From NCBI GenBank assembly GCA_043228905.1, contig JBHGNT010000021.1, positions 4,712,001 to 4,776,000 of the forward strand: a DNA stretch of 64,000 nt, read 5' to 3'. Below are positions 50,759 to 64,000 of this stretch, one piece after another. Within the stretch, counting starts at the first letter, position 1. Each line of letters begins with the position of its first letter. This stretch comes from Azolla caroliniana. Lineage: Eukaryota; Plantae; Polypodiophyta. The position numbers and the translations under genes are program-made. Under the pieces are notes generated by a model. That model was not told where the DNA came from. It saw only the letters and a list, made by a program, of their open reading frames with translations, and made no database searches.

Positions 50759-53159
50759 CTTCTCGAATTCTTGTATCCGGCGCTTGTGCTTCTTGTCGGG
50801 TTCACCACTTAATTATGTCGTGAAGATCCATCACTACGCGCGGATCATGAGGCGGAATCGCCGGGGTTCTGGACCAAAAGGATTTAGAGTCGATACAAGC
50901 TTTGGCGAGAAAGTACTTAAGATAGATTGGGAAAGAGAGAAGTTGAGATTAAACGATTGAGAAAGATCGATTGAACTTTTTATCTTTGGATTTAAGAAAC
51001 AAGTTACACCATCAATTTGATAACGAATTTCTTCCTCTTAATTTTCATAAAAAAAAACCGTGTCTTTTCTCCTCCCCCTTCCCTCTTTTATAGATGCTCT
51101 CATGCATATGATGCATGTGAGGGTACAAGACATGCATAAATTGCATGTTTGCCATTTGGCGCTTATGTATTACATGTGGTGCATGATAACCATGTCACTC
51201 ATTTTAGCTCTCATGTATGAGAATTTACATGTAAAAGTACAATGATAGAAATATAATTTCAACTAAATAGCATGGTTTAATGGTAAGCCAATTGACTCCT
51301 AACATGGAGGTGCAAGGTTCGAATCCTTACTTGCCCTCCTTGTATATGTAAATATGTATATATATTTATTTATTTATTTATCTAGTCGCCGAACGCCGGT
51401 TCGCCGGATACCGTCGCCAGATGCCGTCGGTTACCGGTGCCTCGCCGGATTGCCGTCGGATTGCCGGATTATTGCTGCCGGATCACCGGCTCCATCATCG
51501 GTCCGGCGCCGGATTGCCGTCGGATGCCGCCGGATACCGATGCCTCGTTGGATTGCCGCCGGATTATTGCCGCCGGATGCCGCCGGATCACCGGCTCCAT
51601 CGTCGGTCCGGTTTTGGTTGGCCAAAACCCTTTACGAGTAGTTAGCCCACCTCCACTCTTAGTTCAAGTTACCTTGAACTCTCTATGCTCCACACATAGA
51701 CACAAGGATAATATCTTTTGCTCCACCTTATATATGATGAGAGCTGTATTTGTCGTGCCTATGTGGGATATCTCACAATTTTCTCTTTTCCTTTTACAAA
51801 CTTGATACCCTCATATCTTGACATTTAGTTGTCTGTTTCTCGTGTAATAAAGTGCATTCGAAACCTCCATCATTTTGACCTTAGATATTAAATCTATTTA
51901 AAATGTTATCTTCACAATTATTGTACTATGTGATTCATACTCGATTTCGTACGTTTTATGGGATTTTCACATTATTGCCGCGATCTCCGTAGTACGCGTT
52001 CTTCCGTTGGCCCTTGTTCGGCTGTATGAAAGCCCCGCTTCCCGCCATATGCCCGATGTCCTCCGCTTGAGGCATGCCCGTGATGGCCCGCTTGGCCTCC
52101 GTTGTCCAATCGTGATGTCCCGATGGTGTTTCGCGTCGCCTTCGTCCTTCCGCCGCCACCTTCCTTCTCCATGGTCTTACATCGCCGCATCGGCTCGAAC
52201 CGCCATGGTCTCCAAAATGGTGTGGAGGATCCCTTTCCGATGTTCTCCGCGCTCGCCTTCCCGCTCCGGCACCCCCCGTGTGCCACATACCCTCGTCCGT
52301 TGTTTGGCACCGCCTGTGCCGCGCTCCGGTTCATTGCACGTCTTGTCGGCCCCTTTCTGGCCAGATCGTGCATCGCCGCTCACCCGTATACCGGTGTTCT
52401 TTGCATCTGAGGAACACCCCGTAGTAGCCCGCTTGGCCCTTCCCGTCTTCGTGCTGCTGCAATAGGTCCTGAGTCTTCCGCTTGCCGTCGTCCCCTTGCC
52501 CCCACCAGCTTCTCATCCCGGCTTGCTGTGTCAGTCTTCGTTACTTCGACGAAGCTGCCAGGATCTACGAAGTGAGTGTGGAGAATCCTCCTTCGGCCTC
52601 TCTTGCCATCCCCTGACTCCGACCCTGTGCAGTCCACTAGGCACTTGTCACGTCGTTCCCGGCACCTCCCTTGTGCCGTCTTCCGCTTCCTTTGTTCGGC
52701 ACCGCCCGTGCCGAACACCGTCCCGTAGTCACGCTTCGATCCGGCCCGCGATGGCCACTTGCGAGACTCTTGTCCTGTCCAAGGTGTGCCTTTCCGGCCT
52801 GACACACCTCTCCGTGTTTGCCCTTACCGGCTCCTTCTGAAACCTCGTGTCGTCGGGTCCCGTTCCCTACCGCCACCGTCCTTCTCCCTCGGTCTCACGT
52901 TGCCACGTTGGCCGAACTGTCAGAGACTCCGGATCGGTGTGAGGGTCCCATAGGACCGGACTCCGTTTCTATGCTTGCCGAAATTCGGGTGTCTTTTGTT
53001 TGAGTCCCTCCCGGACTCTCCTCGTGTCTTCCGCGTAGCCGGGTCCCGTTTCCCGCCGCCACCTTCCTTCTCCCTCGATCTTACGTTGCCACGATGGCAG
53101 AACAGCCGGAGTCTCCGGAACCGGTGTGGGGATCCGTAGGACCGAACTTCCTTACGCCC

Positions 53160-53510
53160 ATTGTCTTCGTCACCTCGTCGCCACCGTCAGTATCTTGGTC
53201 TTACGTCGACCGCGTTGCCGACTGCCGAAGTCTCTAGATCCGGTGTGAAGGATCCTCCGTAGACCGCCCATCCGTAGCCCTTGCCTTCGTCACCTCGCCG
53301 CCACCGTCAGTATCTTGGTCTTACGTCGACCGCATTGCCGACTGCCGAAGTCTCTATAACTGGTGTGAAGGATCCTCCGTAGACCGCCCATCCGTAGCCC
53401 CTTTGCCTTCGTCACCTCGCCGCCACCGTCAGTATCTTGGTCTTACGTCGACCGCGTTGCTGACTGCCGAAGTCTCTAGAACCCATGTGAAGGATCCTCC
53501 GTAGGCCTTC
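53160..53510. repeat. Three tandem ~123-bp units inside G
   Basis: CTTCGTCACCTCG(C/T)CGCCACCGTCAGTATCTTGGTCTTACGTCGACCGC..GAAGGATCCTCCGTAG at ~53165, ~53286 and ~53407. Confidence 0.9.
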
Positions 53511-54724
53511 AATCCGTCTTCCCGACCCTGTCCCGGGTCGTCCTTTTCCGCATGCCGAGAGGGCGTTTTGTTCCGCACCCTCTCCCGTGGTACCGACATA
53601 CCGTGTCCTCGGCCTCTTCGTAGGCCAGCTCTCTTCCTCCCTCCCAGAATGGTCATCCGGGAGTCCGCTCCGCCCGGTTCTCGTCCGGGTCCGTTTGTCC
53701 TTCTCCGGATTGTCGGGTCCCGTTCTCCTGTCGCCACCGATCTCTCGTATAGGACTTACGCCGGCACTCGGGCCGGCAGCCGGATCGGTGTATGGAAACC
53801 CATAGGACCGGCTTGCATTCTCTTTCCAACTCTTGACCTTCGCCCGGTCGGTCTTTCTCCTCATGTAAAAGAGGGTGGCTCGTCCCGCATCCTCTCCCGT
53901 ATTGGCACCTTCATGCCGAATCTGGCCCCAATCGAACGATCCACGACCAGATCACACTCCACCCATATCGGAATGCTGATCCCCTCGTGCCGTGTCCGTC
54001 CTCAGCCTCCTCGCAGGCCGTTTCCCATCCGTCTTCGCTGGCATCGTGCCAGGACTCCTCGGTACCGCCATCCATCTCCTCGGTCTTACATGGGCATACG
54101 GGCCAAATTGCTGAGTTCTCCGGAATCGGGTCCGTGGGCTTTCGTTCATTCCTTCCCCGTATCGTCTCGTCGGTGATTCTTGGTCTATCGCCATCGCCTT
54201 CCTCCGCTTGGGACTCACGTGGACACTCGGGCCCAACTGCCATCGTCTCGGGAGCAAGTGTGGGAAGACACAAGGAATCGCCCGTCCGTTCTTCGCCCTT
54301 GTCTGTAGCCACCGACTCTTCGTGGTCGGCGGTCGTCTTCTTACCGATCGCGCAAGCCCTGTCTGGGCTTACTTCTCCAATAACCAAGATCTCAGGCTGA
54401 CACGCCCGAAACCGCTGGTCCCAATGATCCGGTTCCGCGATCTGTATCTCGGCCTCATCCCTGGCCGTTCTATCTCCGCAAGTCGAGAGGGCGTTTCGTT
54501 CCGCACCCTCTCCCATGATACCGTCGTACCAATCTTCCTCCGTCGCGTGGGGCAAGTCCGTCTCCTCGGTCTCAACTTCTAGCCTCGATCCTCCCTCTTC
54601 CTCGAGCATCGCTTTGAGCGCTGCGTACGCCTCCGCAATCCTGGCCCCAACGCCGACCCTTGCCGACTCTCTTTACCGTTCAGTCTCTTCCCGCTATGAT
54701 GGCACGCCATCGCGTACCTTCCTC

Positions 54725-55108
54725 TTAGCCTTCTCGGCTCACTCGTTGTCTAGCCGTTGGCACACCCTTCCGACTTTCGCCCAGTCCTCCGTAAGCCTTC
54801 AGGAGCGCCTCTTCGAAGGCCTCCCACGAACTATGAGCCTCACAGAGCTCCTTTATTTTCGCATGCATCCGGACAGCCACAACCCGACAGAAGAACTCCA
54901 GCCTCAACGCCTCATCTACGCCACGCTCCTCCATTTCCGCGTTGTAGGCTTCCAAGTAAGATGGGACCTTGTCCCCGTTGAAACGGCCGACTCTTTCGAC
55001 CACTTGCTCAACCGCCTGTTGCGCCGCTTCTCGCCTCATCACCACTCGTGCCGACTCCAACACCACTTCGGCCACCATCTCCGCAAGGTCGTCGTCTTCC
55101 GACTCCAT
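54725..55108 (-). pseudogene. gag: Truncated gag of element G
   Basis: Homologous to the N-terminus of C gag (RFNGxxVxxYL, WEAFEEAL) and of H gag. Confidence 0.8.
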
Positions 55109-56564
55109 CCTCCCTTGCCGCCTTTCACGTCGGGTTCACCAAATATGTCGCGTTGTTACGCGCGTGCGTGGAGAAAGGCGAGACCACGGGGGTCTTGGAC
55201 TAGGGAGCGACGGAGCGTAGGAAGTCGCACTTCACCATTTCCAGGGCATCCCAGAAGCACGCCGGAAGAAACCGAAGGGAGAGAGAGAAAGAGAGGGAGC
55301 GCGCGCTTGACACCGACTCGTGCGCACACACGCACACACACAGCTCACGCCTTCATGTACAGGAAACACAGGAAAGGGGAAGCACTCGACACCATCAAAG
55401 ACGCCAATATACACAAACGGACGCAAACGTATATGTATATATATATAAGAAGAATACGTTCCCGGCTTCGAGCCGGACTGAGGTAGGTTACAGTAGTCGT
55501 CTGCTACCAAGCCGCCGTCGGGGAGCTCTCAGCTCGTCGCGCCGAGCGGGGTCTTGCACAGGAGGCCGAACCAAAGCGAACCCTAAGCGAACACGCAGAA
55601 GAAGAAGAAGAAGAAGAACCTAACCCTAAACCTAACGGTATACCCTCTAATGCAAAATGGGCAACCCCTCCACAAAGGGCGATCCCTTCCTTTTATAGAA
55701 CAAGGAGAGGGATGCGTTACAATGTGGGACAAATCCCGACTTTCATGGGATCGTCTGTCCCGACTTGACTACTCTTCGGCGCCATAAAGGCGCCCTCAAT
55801 ATTCACACTAAATGTACATGGGTGCGTACACACGCTGCACCTCGCCGATGTAGCCAATGTTTCTCGGTTTTCGCCTCTGGCCGAAATTCTTCACGACAAC
55901 GTGGAAAACCCTGGGAGGGAAAAACCACGGGAGTCCACAGACTCCAAACTATCACACTATAAAGTAATACAACAGGGAGCACAGAGGCAACGACCTCTTG
56001 TTCACAATCTTCGCCTAGCGGCGGTTACAACAGAGACATACTCTGTATCGCTCTCTCTGTCTCTCTCTCTATATACAGTCGTTACATGTAGCCTTTGCAT
56101 ATCTACTCTCATACGGGTAACACTTTTGTGTTCATCATCTCTCTGGTTGTTATCCGTATGAGAGGTACATGAATGGATGAGTAAGAGTCTTTGTATTAAA
56201 CATATTGTTGTAATTGTATGTGTAATGTGCACAAGCGTGAGTAAGAATGTTTGTATGTGTATAAACACATGCACATGTGTGTGCATGTGTGTAGATATGA
56301 AGAGTGTGAGTTGGATGTGTGAATGGATAGTTTTGTTGTTGTGTATGTGCAAATGTGCACGGGTGTGAGTATATGCATATTTGTATGAACCATGCACATG
56401 TGTGTGCATGTGGGTAGATATGAAAGAGTACGAGTGAATTGTGTGTGTGAATGGATAGAGGGGTATGCACCCCTATGTATCACCCTTGAGTATCTTATTG
56501 ATGTATACCCTCATTGTAATATTTAACCGGGCCACATGGCATGAAGGAACAAGAAAAAATTTCC

Positions 56565-56570
56565 TCTCTC

Positions 56571-56609
<39 letters not shown>

Positions 56610-59538
56610 CTCTATCTGCGTTTAGGGTTTAGGCTCTGTCTGTCTCTTCGTTCTGTGCAATGTGAATGTTTGTCTGCATTCTATGCAATGTCTGCCCTCT
56701 GTGTTTTCTGCAATGCCTGACCCTGTACATTTTCTACCAAATCTAATTCCCAGTATCTTCTGCCAAATTTGTTCCTCTATGCTTTCTGACCAATAGAAAT
56801 CTCTAGAATCTATATTGTTCTTTCTGCCCTCAACATCTCCTATACCTACTGTCCTAAGACACCATGGAGTCTGAATGGACCGAAAATGAAAAGATGGATC
56901 TTAACACGCATGACGAGGGTCCAGATCCATGGAAGACCCCAAGAAGATATCATAGACAAAAAGGATGGGATGGAAGCACCCCGAATAGCATTAGAAGGGT
57001 GCACAAGGCACCTAGAACGCAGGCCCCATCCGACATTCCATTTGATTTCAAAAATGGGAAACATGATTATTACGCCATTTGATTGTGCAAGAGATCAATC
57101 TTATTAGAGAAGATATAGAAATAGCACTGAAAGAAGAAATGAAAAAGGAGATAGAGAAACAGAAAACAGAATTGTATGCCTCTCTCAAGGCTGAGTTATT
57201 AGAAGAGATGCAGAAAGACATAATAAGCTATGTGGAGAAATCACACTTAGAACTCAAGGATGACATGACACAATACCTTAAGGATGAAATGTCCTCAAGT
57301 AAGGTTGAGTTAGGAGCTATAAAAGTGGATTCAGAAAAAGGACAAGAAGCAATGGAAAGATGCATCTCTACAATGAAGTGGCTATACAAAGAGGAGCTCC
57401 ATGGTAGACTGCATGTTGTCCATAAGGATGTAGATGCACGCTACATGTGGATACGAATAAAAAGAGGGGATCTTAGGGAGTTATATTTTGCAATTTGCTA
57501 CTTTCCACCTGCCTACTCAAGGTTTGCACCTCTAGGTGAATCACCATATCTACCACTATATGATGATATCATAAGATTTGCTACTATGGGGAACATAATA
57601 CTATTAGGAGACTTTAATGCACGAACCAAGGATGAACAAACAACTATGTTTAACACCAACGAGGTTGTTTATGGAGAAGTTATGGTGGAAGAGGTTGGTT
57701 TAAAGCGACAAGCTCAAGATATGAGTGTTATAACTGAATATGGAAAACACTTTCTAGCCTTGGGAAGCGCAGATGGATTTGTGATATATAATGGCTTGGA
57801 TCAGATGCTTTGACATGTTGGAACCCAAAAGGGGGTGCAAGCACAGTTGATTATCTAATGGGATCTCCATCTCTTATACCTGAAATAGAAGTGTTCACTA
57901 TATCAAGAAGACCTATTGGCTTGGCAGCTGATCATGCATATCTACATTTTGAGGTAAAGGATGGATGCACAAAGGATGTATATGCTAAGGAGAGTGGGTT
58001 GGCTAAGTATCTATTCACTTGCGAGACAATTGATGTGTATAGTTGTGGTGTATACAATGGCATGCTAGATTTGGATCCTTTTGCACCCCTTGAAGAACTT
58101 ACCCAAGGTTTATCCAAATCATTGCATAAAGCTGCCACAAATGCCTTCCCTCACACAACGGACAATCCCCCCAAACTCGGTAGAATAATACAAAATAGTT
58201 GGTATGATGAGGAATGTCATGATACGGGGAGATGCTTGCAACGTGATGTAACTCGGGGCATTTATACACACAACCATGCGAGAGCAACCTTCCAACACCT
58301 CGTGAGGAAGAAGAAGAGATTGTATTTGGCTAAATTTGAAGATCATTTGTATCGCTTGTTTCTAGGACAAGAGAGTAAAAGAGCATGGAAAATGTTTAAT
58401 GAGAGGCAACCCACCACACAACTGACCTCACCTCAGGTGTGTCAGGAATATGCAAAGGTTCTATATGATATCCCGGGGCAATAGGGGGGCAACCTCCTCT
58501 TCCCCACCCGAATGCCTCACGCCCACATGAATCAACCTTCTTTACACCACAAAATATAAGAAATGCCATTGATCGGCTACAATTTGGGAAGGCCCAAGAT
58601 CATGATGGATTGTTGGGTGAGCACTTTATCTATGCCTGTGACACCTTGCTCCCATTGCTAGCACACATCTTTAATAGAGCCATGTGTGAAGGTTTTCCTA
58701 CTAGATGGACTCAACACACCATTGTGCCAATCCTCAAGAGTGGAGACCCCATGATGCCAAGCATTTATAGGACAATCATGATTGGCCATTACTTGGCTAG
58801 ACTATATGGTTCGATTCTAGAATTAGAATTGACTATATGGGCAAAGCAAAATGGTTGTCATTCAATTGGACAAGCAAGCTTTCGGAAGGGGTTCACAACT
58901 TTGGATCACATATTCACCCTCTGGGCCCTTATTGCGGAGGGCAGAACCCACAATAAGAGGATTTATTTCTGCTTTGTGGATTTCCGAAAAGCCTTTGACA
59001 CTGTGCCACGTGCTCAACTTATGCAGCGGCTAGAAGCCCTTGGTGTTCCTATAGATATGCAATGGGGAATCTATGCACTCTATGAATCTGTGTCAAGAAA
59101 AGTGTGGTCTTCTAAGGGCTTGTCAGAGGCGGTGGCTAGCACAATTGGCGTGAAGCAAGGATGCCCACTCTACCCCACACTCTTCGGTCTCTATATAGAT
59201 GAGGTATCACAGTACATAGAGAGAGTTAGGGATTCCGGAGCACACCTAGCAAGTATAGCTATACAAATATTACTATATGTTGATGATATTGTGTTGATTT
59301 CTGACTCTCTAGAGGGACTACAAAGACATCTAAATGCCTTTAAACTATTTTGTACGGACAAAGGTTTGTCAATCAACATGAATAAAACTAAAGTGATTGT
59401 GTTTAACACCACCCAAGCATGGGTAACAAGATCAGAACCAAAATTCTTCTTGGGAGAGGAAAAGGTGGAATACACACGCTCCTACACATACCTAGGAGTA
59501 ACATTTACAGGACCTAGGTTCTCCTTACAGGAGGCCGT
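56565..59538 (+). mobile_element. Degenerate non-LTR retrotransposon (RTE/RTEX-like LINE): CT-rich leader, coiled-coil ORF1 remnant, APE endonuclease and RT; interrupted by H
   Basis: AICYFPP..IILLGDFNART..STVDYLM..ADHAYL (APE); FVDFRKAFDTV, GVKQGCPL.PTLF, LLYVDDIVL, YTYLG (RT). Frameshifts present. Clade assignment is tentative. Confidence 0.88.
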
Positions 59539-60333
59539 TGTCGTGAAGAATTTCATCTAGAGGCGAAAACCGGGAAATATTGGCTACATCGGCGGGGTGC
59601 ACCATGTGCACTCACCCTCATGTAATTGTGTGAATAATAAGAGTCAAGTCGGGACGAAGAATCCCATGTAAATCGGGATTTATCCCACATTGTAACGCAT
59701 CCCTCTCCTTGTTCTATAAAGGGAAGGGGTGGTCCCTTGTAGAGGGGTTGCCCATTTTGTGTTAGAGGGTATACCGTTAGATTTAGGGTTAGTTCCTCTA
59801 CTTCTTCTTCCTCTTCTTCGCGGTGTGGGTTGTTCGCGCTCGGTCTCCTGTGCAAGACCCCGCTCTGCGTGACGAGCCCAAGAGCTCCCCGGACGGTGGC
59901 TTGGCTGCAGACTACTGTTGTAACCTACCCTAGCTTGGTCCGGCTCGAAGCCGGGGTTGTATTCTTTCCCTTGTAATACATACTTTTGCGTCTGTCTGTG
60001 TATACTCGTGTCTCTGTTGGTGTCGGGTGCTTCCCCTTTCCTGCGTTCCTGCACATAAGGGCGTGAGTCGGGTCGGTGTGTGTGTGTGTGTATGTGTGTG
60101 TGTGTGCGCGTGAGTTGGTGTCAAGCGCGCGCTCCCTCTCTGTCTCCCTCTCTTTCTCTCTCTCGTTCGGTTGATTGCGGTGTGCTCCTGGGGTGCCCCG
60201 AAAAGGGTGAAGCACGACTTCCTGCGCTCCGTCACTCCCTAGTCCAGGACCCCCGTAGTCCCGCCTTTCTACACGCACGCGCGTAACAACGCAACATCTT
60301 TGGTCAACCCGACGTGAAAGGCGGCAAGGGAGC

Positions 60334-61059
60334 ATGGAGATGGAAGAAGACTTCGACTTCGAGGAGATGATGGCAAAGATCGTGATGGAAGCCGGACGAA
60401 AGATGGCAAAGCGAGATGCGGCTCAACAAGCCGTCGAAAGGGTGGTCGATCGAGTCGGCCGGTTCAACGGGGACAATGTCCCAAGATTCTTAGAAGCATA
60501 CGATGCCGAGATGACGAAGGAGGGCGTGGACGAAGCGACAAGGCTAGTGTATTTTCCGCGAGTGGTGGTCGTATCGGTGCACAAGGAGGTCAAGGAGCTA
60601 CGAGAAGCTCACAAGTCGTGGGTGTCCTTGGAGGGAGCCCTATTAGAAGCGTACGGGTATGCGAAACCGGAGGGGCGAGGTCGGCATGAGTTGGACCGAT
60701 GGGTGGCGTCGATGGAATGCCATTGGAGCACGATGGATGCATTCCGAGAGTTTGAGCACCGTTTCTCTCAACTCTCGGAGCGAGATCGGAGATCGGTGGG
60801 GGCGGACAAAGTCCTCCTATTTTTGAAGACGATCCATCAAGAGGAGAGGATGGACATCTTATTCGAGCTTCAAGATGATTATGGGACGCATGGTCTCACC
60901 GAGGAGTGGTCCGAGGTGGATGGGTGTGCCGGCAACATGATGCGAGGCCGCCGGCCACAACACAGCCCGCGAGCGGCGGAGAAGAGAGAGCGGCGAGTGA
61001 GTACGCACTACCGTCGGAAGAGAGCTCAACGCAAAACAGTTCGGAGGAGCTCGACCTAG
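60334..61059 (+). pseudogene. gag: gag N-terminal domain of H; homology ends near GLTEEWSEV
   Basis: VGRFNGDNVPRFL..FEHRFSQLSERD..DKVLLFLKT..GLTEEW aligns to C gag (FESRFGRLSARD..DKVIMFLRA..GLTETW). No Zn knuckle or protease. Confidence 0.82.
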
Positions 61060-62477
61060 AAGCGCTAATACGGGAGGCATGCGAGCTTGTGAAGGTGAAA
61101 ATCAAAGCCAAAGAAGGGCTTATTACGGAGTCGGGCCGGAGGCGATCGGAGGATGTGGAGGAAGAAGCCTCCCTAAGCGTAGAAGATGGGGCCTATACGG
61201 AGGCCGGGAGAGCGTGTGATGGCGACATGGGAGAAGGTGTGGAGCAAGCGACCCTCTTGTCTTGCGGTGAAGGGATGGCCATGGAGGCCGGTAACTACGG
61301 ATTCGGGACATGGCGGCCCGAAACATCGAGTGAGGAGGAGACAAGCGGCGGTGCCGCGACCTTACACACACCGGTCCTAGAGACTCCAGTATCCGGCCCG
61401 AGAGCCGGTGTGAGACCTAGAGTGACGGACCGTGGCGGAGGCAAGGCGGGCAACCGAGACAACGACATGGGAGAGGTCGGTGGCGACAGGAAAACGGGAC
61501 CCGGCAATCCGAAGAATGACGAACGGACCCAGACGAGAACCGGGTGGAGCGGACTCCCAGATAACCATTCTAGGAGGGAGGAAGAGAGCAGGCCTACGAA
61601 GAGGCCGAGAACACGGTACGTCGGTACCACGGGAGAGGGTGTGGAGCAAGCCACCCTCTCAGCTTGCGAAGGAAGGAAGACCCGGGAGAAGGGTCAAGGA
61701 TACGAGGAGCCCGAGGATCCTTCACACTAGATCTAGAGACTTCGGCAGTCGGTAGCGCGGTCGGCGTAAGACCAAGATACTGACGGTGGCGGCAGGGGGA
61801 CAAGGGCCGGAAAACCGGGGTCCCACGAAGATCCTCACACCGATCCGGCAGTCGGCCCGAGTGCCGGCGTGAGTCCTATAGGGGAGATCGGTGGCGGCAG
61901 GTGAATGTGATCGGACGACGGACGCAGAGAAAGAAGATATCAAGCCGGCAAGGCGGCTACAGACCATCTCAAACCTTCCGGCAAGGTGAGTGGGCGTAAG
62001 GAAGTCTGGTCCTACGGGATCCCCACACCGAACTAGAGACTCCGCCTGTTCGGCCAACGTGGCAACATGAGACCGAGAGAAGTTGGTGGCGGCGGGAAAC
62101 GGGACCCGACTACGCGGAAGACACGAGGAGAATCCGGGAGGGACTCAAACAAAGACACCCTGAATTTCGGCAAGCAAAGAAACGAAGACCGGTCCTATGG
62201 GACCTTCACACCGGTTCCGGAGACTCCGGCTGTTCGGCCAACATGGCAACGTGGCAACGTAAGACCGAGGGAGAAAGAAGGTGGCGGCAAGGAACGGGAC
62301 CCGACATCGACAAAGGTCGGTAAGATGGGGCAGACGAAGTGCGAAACCCCTACCGGCCGGTTACGGTTTCGGAAGGAGCCGGTAGGGGCAAACACGAGAA
62401 GGTGTGTCGAGCCGGAAAGCACACCTGGGGCAGAACAAGAGTCTCGCAAGTGACCATCGCGGGCCGGATCAAAGCGT

Positions 62478-63183
62478 TGTAGTAGTGTATTTCGTACACT
62501 ACGTGAAAACCATAAAATAATATATCCGATTTTAGATACATATAAATAAATAAATAATATATCAAAAGAATTTATCACGTGCATAGGGCAGGATTCAAAC
62601 CATGCACCTCCACGTAGATAAACCCCAACTTTACCATTGTAATAACTTATCTTTAGTGTTATAAATATAGATTTAATACGTATAAGACCTTTATTTAAAC
62701 ATACCTTTATTAAAAGGTAAAAATCATGTATTCTTTAGAGTGTGAATATTTTATTTACACGTGACATTAAAAGTGACTCATGCACATCTAGCGTGCATGA
62801 GCCCTATATTTAGGAAATGACAAAGCATCACATGCACATTTAGTGTGCATAGACATTTTAGGTGAAAAAGCATGAAGCCATGCTTAGCCTCTTCCATCTT
62901 TATATAAGGAGGAGAGAAATATGTATAAGGTTGTTGATTAATATACAAGGATTGATCAATCTAAGATATTCGTGGGATTCACGAATTTTGCCATCAAAAT
63001 TACTCTTATAATCTAAATATTGTTTTAAAATACACTAAACTCGTGGGATTCACAAGATTGCTATCTTACTTCTCTTCCTATTATTCATAACTAGCCTTAA
63101 GTTGTATTCCTCTTCCTCCTAGTCAAAAACCTCGGCAGTTCCCACCCGACTCACGCAACGATCCGGAGCCGAAGGGCACGACA
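62478..63183 (+). mobile_element. Solo LTR related to the C family, inside H
   Basis: TGTAGTAGTG...GATCCGGAGCCGAAGGGCACGACA is a reverse-complement relative of the C LTR. TSD GCGT at 62474-62477 and 63184-63187. Confidence 0.93.
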
Positions 63184-64000
63184 GCGTGACTACGGGACGG
63201 TGTTCGGCACGGGTGGCGCCGAACAAAGGAAGCGGAAGATGGCACACGGAGGTGCCGGACCGGAAAGGCGAGCGCGAAGAATGGGTCGCCCGGTTCGGAG
63301 GTCGTGCGTAGAAGACCGGAGAAGGAACCTCCACACCGTTCCGAAGGCCTTGGCAGTCCGAGCCGACGTGGCGATGTAAGACCAAGGAGAAGGAAGGTGG
63401 CAGCGAGGGGACGAAGGCGGCGGGGAACAACGTGGGACGACGATTAGGACCACACGAATGGTCGACGGAGGCCAGGCAAGCCACAACGGGCGTTCCTCAA
63501 TCAAATGACATCGGACGCACGGCGGAGAACGGAGCGTGCATACGGCCGAACAAGGGCCAGCGGAAGTACGCGTACTACGGAGATCGCGGCGAAGGACCCA
63601 TCGACGGGTCGAACAAGCCTACAAAGAGGTAAGCGCGAAGGGAGAACCGCAGCCGACGGTTCAAACCGGCACCGAGCCGGGATGCGGATTACAAAAGACC
63701 AGTTTCTCACCGGCTGAAATCTCTCACCCTTCATCGGATTTGGCACGTACCGGTGGACGTGCGGTTAGGTGGGGGCGGATGTCGTGAAGAATTTCGTCCA
63801 GAGGCGGAAACTGGGAAATATTGGCTACATCGGCGGGGTGCACCATGTGCACTCACCCTCATGTAATTGTGTGAATAATAAGAGTCAAGTCGGGACGAAG
63901 AATCCCATGTAAATCGGGATTTATCCCACATTGTAACGCATCCCTCTCCTTGTTCTATAAAGGGAAGGGGTGGTCCCTTGTAGAGGGGTTGCCCATTTTG

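Larger units (their letters stand above)
45586..51980 (-). mobile_element. Element I: pol-only Ty3/Gypsy (gag and protease missing), nested in G
   Basis: LTRs 45586-47371 and 50816-51980 (last 15 bp and the TSD lost in a small deletion). PBS remnant 50795-50807; PPT 47372-47383. Confidence 0.9.
44724..55898 (-). mobile_element. Element G: non-autonomous gag-only LTR element, tRNA-Trp PBS, TSD ACGT
   Basis: LTRs 44724-45489 and 55146-55898; TSD 44720-44723 and 55899-55902; PBS 55125-55141; PPT 45490-45502. Gag N-terminus 54725-55108 (VGRFNGDKVPSYL); the remaining interior is GC-rich repeats with no pol motifs. Confidence 0.9.
44620..56552 (-). mobile_element. Copia-type LTR distantly related to the D LTR (44620-44723 plus 55903-~56552), split by element G
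   Basis: CGGCCACAACCGAG..GATCAATCACAGAAAAACAGGAA..TGGATGTT|ACGTGGAAAACCCT..AAAAACCACGGGAGTCC..ACTCCAAACTATCAC parallels 13880-14030. It contains GT/ATGC-rich ~120-bp repeats. Ends are approximate. Confidence 0.7.
59539..64000 (+). mobile_element. Element H: second gag-only non-autonomous LTR element related to G; 3' LTR runs off the window
   Basis: 5' LTR 59539-60296; PBS TGGTCAACCCGACGTGA 60301-60317; gag 60334-~60915; PPT 63766-63779; 3' LTR from 63780. Confidence 0.9.

Noticed and set aside
56002-56483. His/Thr-rich or Cys/Val-rich ORFs
   Set aside because: Translations of GT/CA-rich tandem repeats inside an LTR.

Overview
Eukaryotic nuclear DNA from a land plant, probably a non-seed plant (fern, lycophyte or bryophyte; inferred from the TE lineages present). 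The window is almost all nested transposable elements, and I find no intact host gene. Stack 1 has five layers: chromovirus A (2725-35808) > self-priming Tcn1/Tf1-like chromovirus B (4441-34316, TSD CCTAT) > a large Sola2-like DNA transposon (6033-30139, 25-bp TIRs, TSD TGTA) > tRNA-Trp-primed Ty3/Gypsy C (7681-21343, TSD ACGT) > an intact young Copia D (13864-19247, TSD GTTGC). Stack 2 is a Copia-type LTR > gag-only element G > pol-only element I > Copia solo LTR. Stack 3 is an RTE-like LINE > gag-only element H > solo LTR. A chimeric ATP2/GRXS17 pseudogene lies at about 1850-2670. The main observations are: (1) antisense tRNA-like Pol III A/B-box modules at canonical spacing in ten LTR copies from two distant Gypsy lineages; (2) a two-gene Sola2-like transposon with an FCP1-like accessory gene and introns filled with the palindrome TAGCTAATTAGCTA; (3) a -1 frameshift signal with a pseudoknot between protease and RT; (4) CpG-centred 4-bp target sites, a covarying pre-PPT hairpin, and complementary gag-only and pol-only elements in the tRNA-Trp lineage. 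All family assignments come from motif recognition by eye; no database searches were run.
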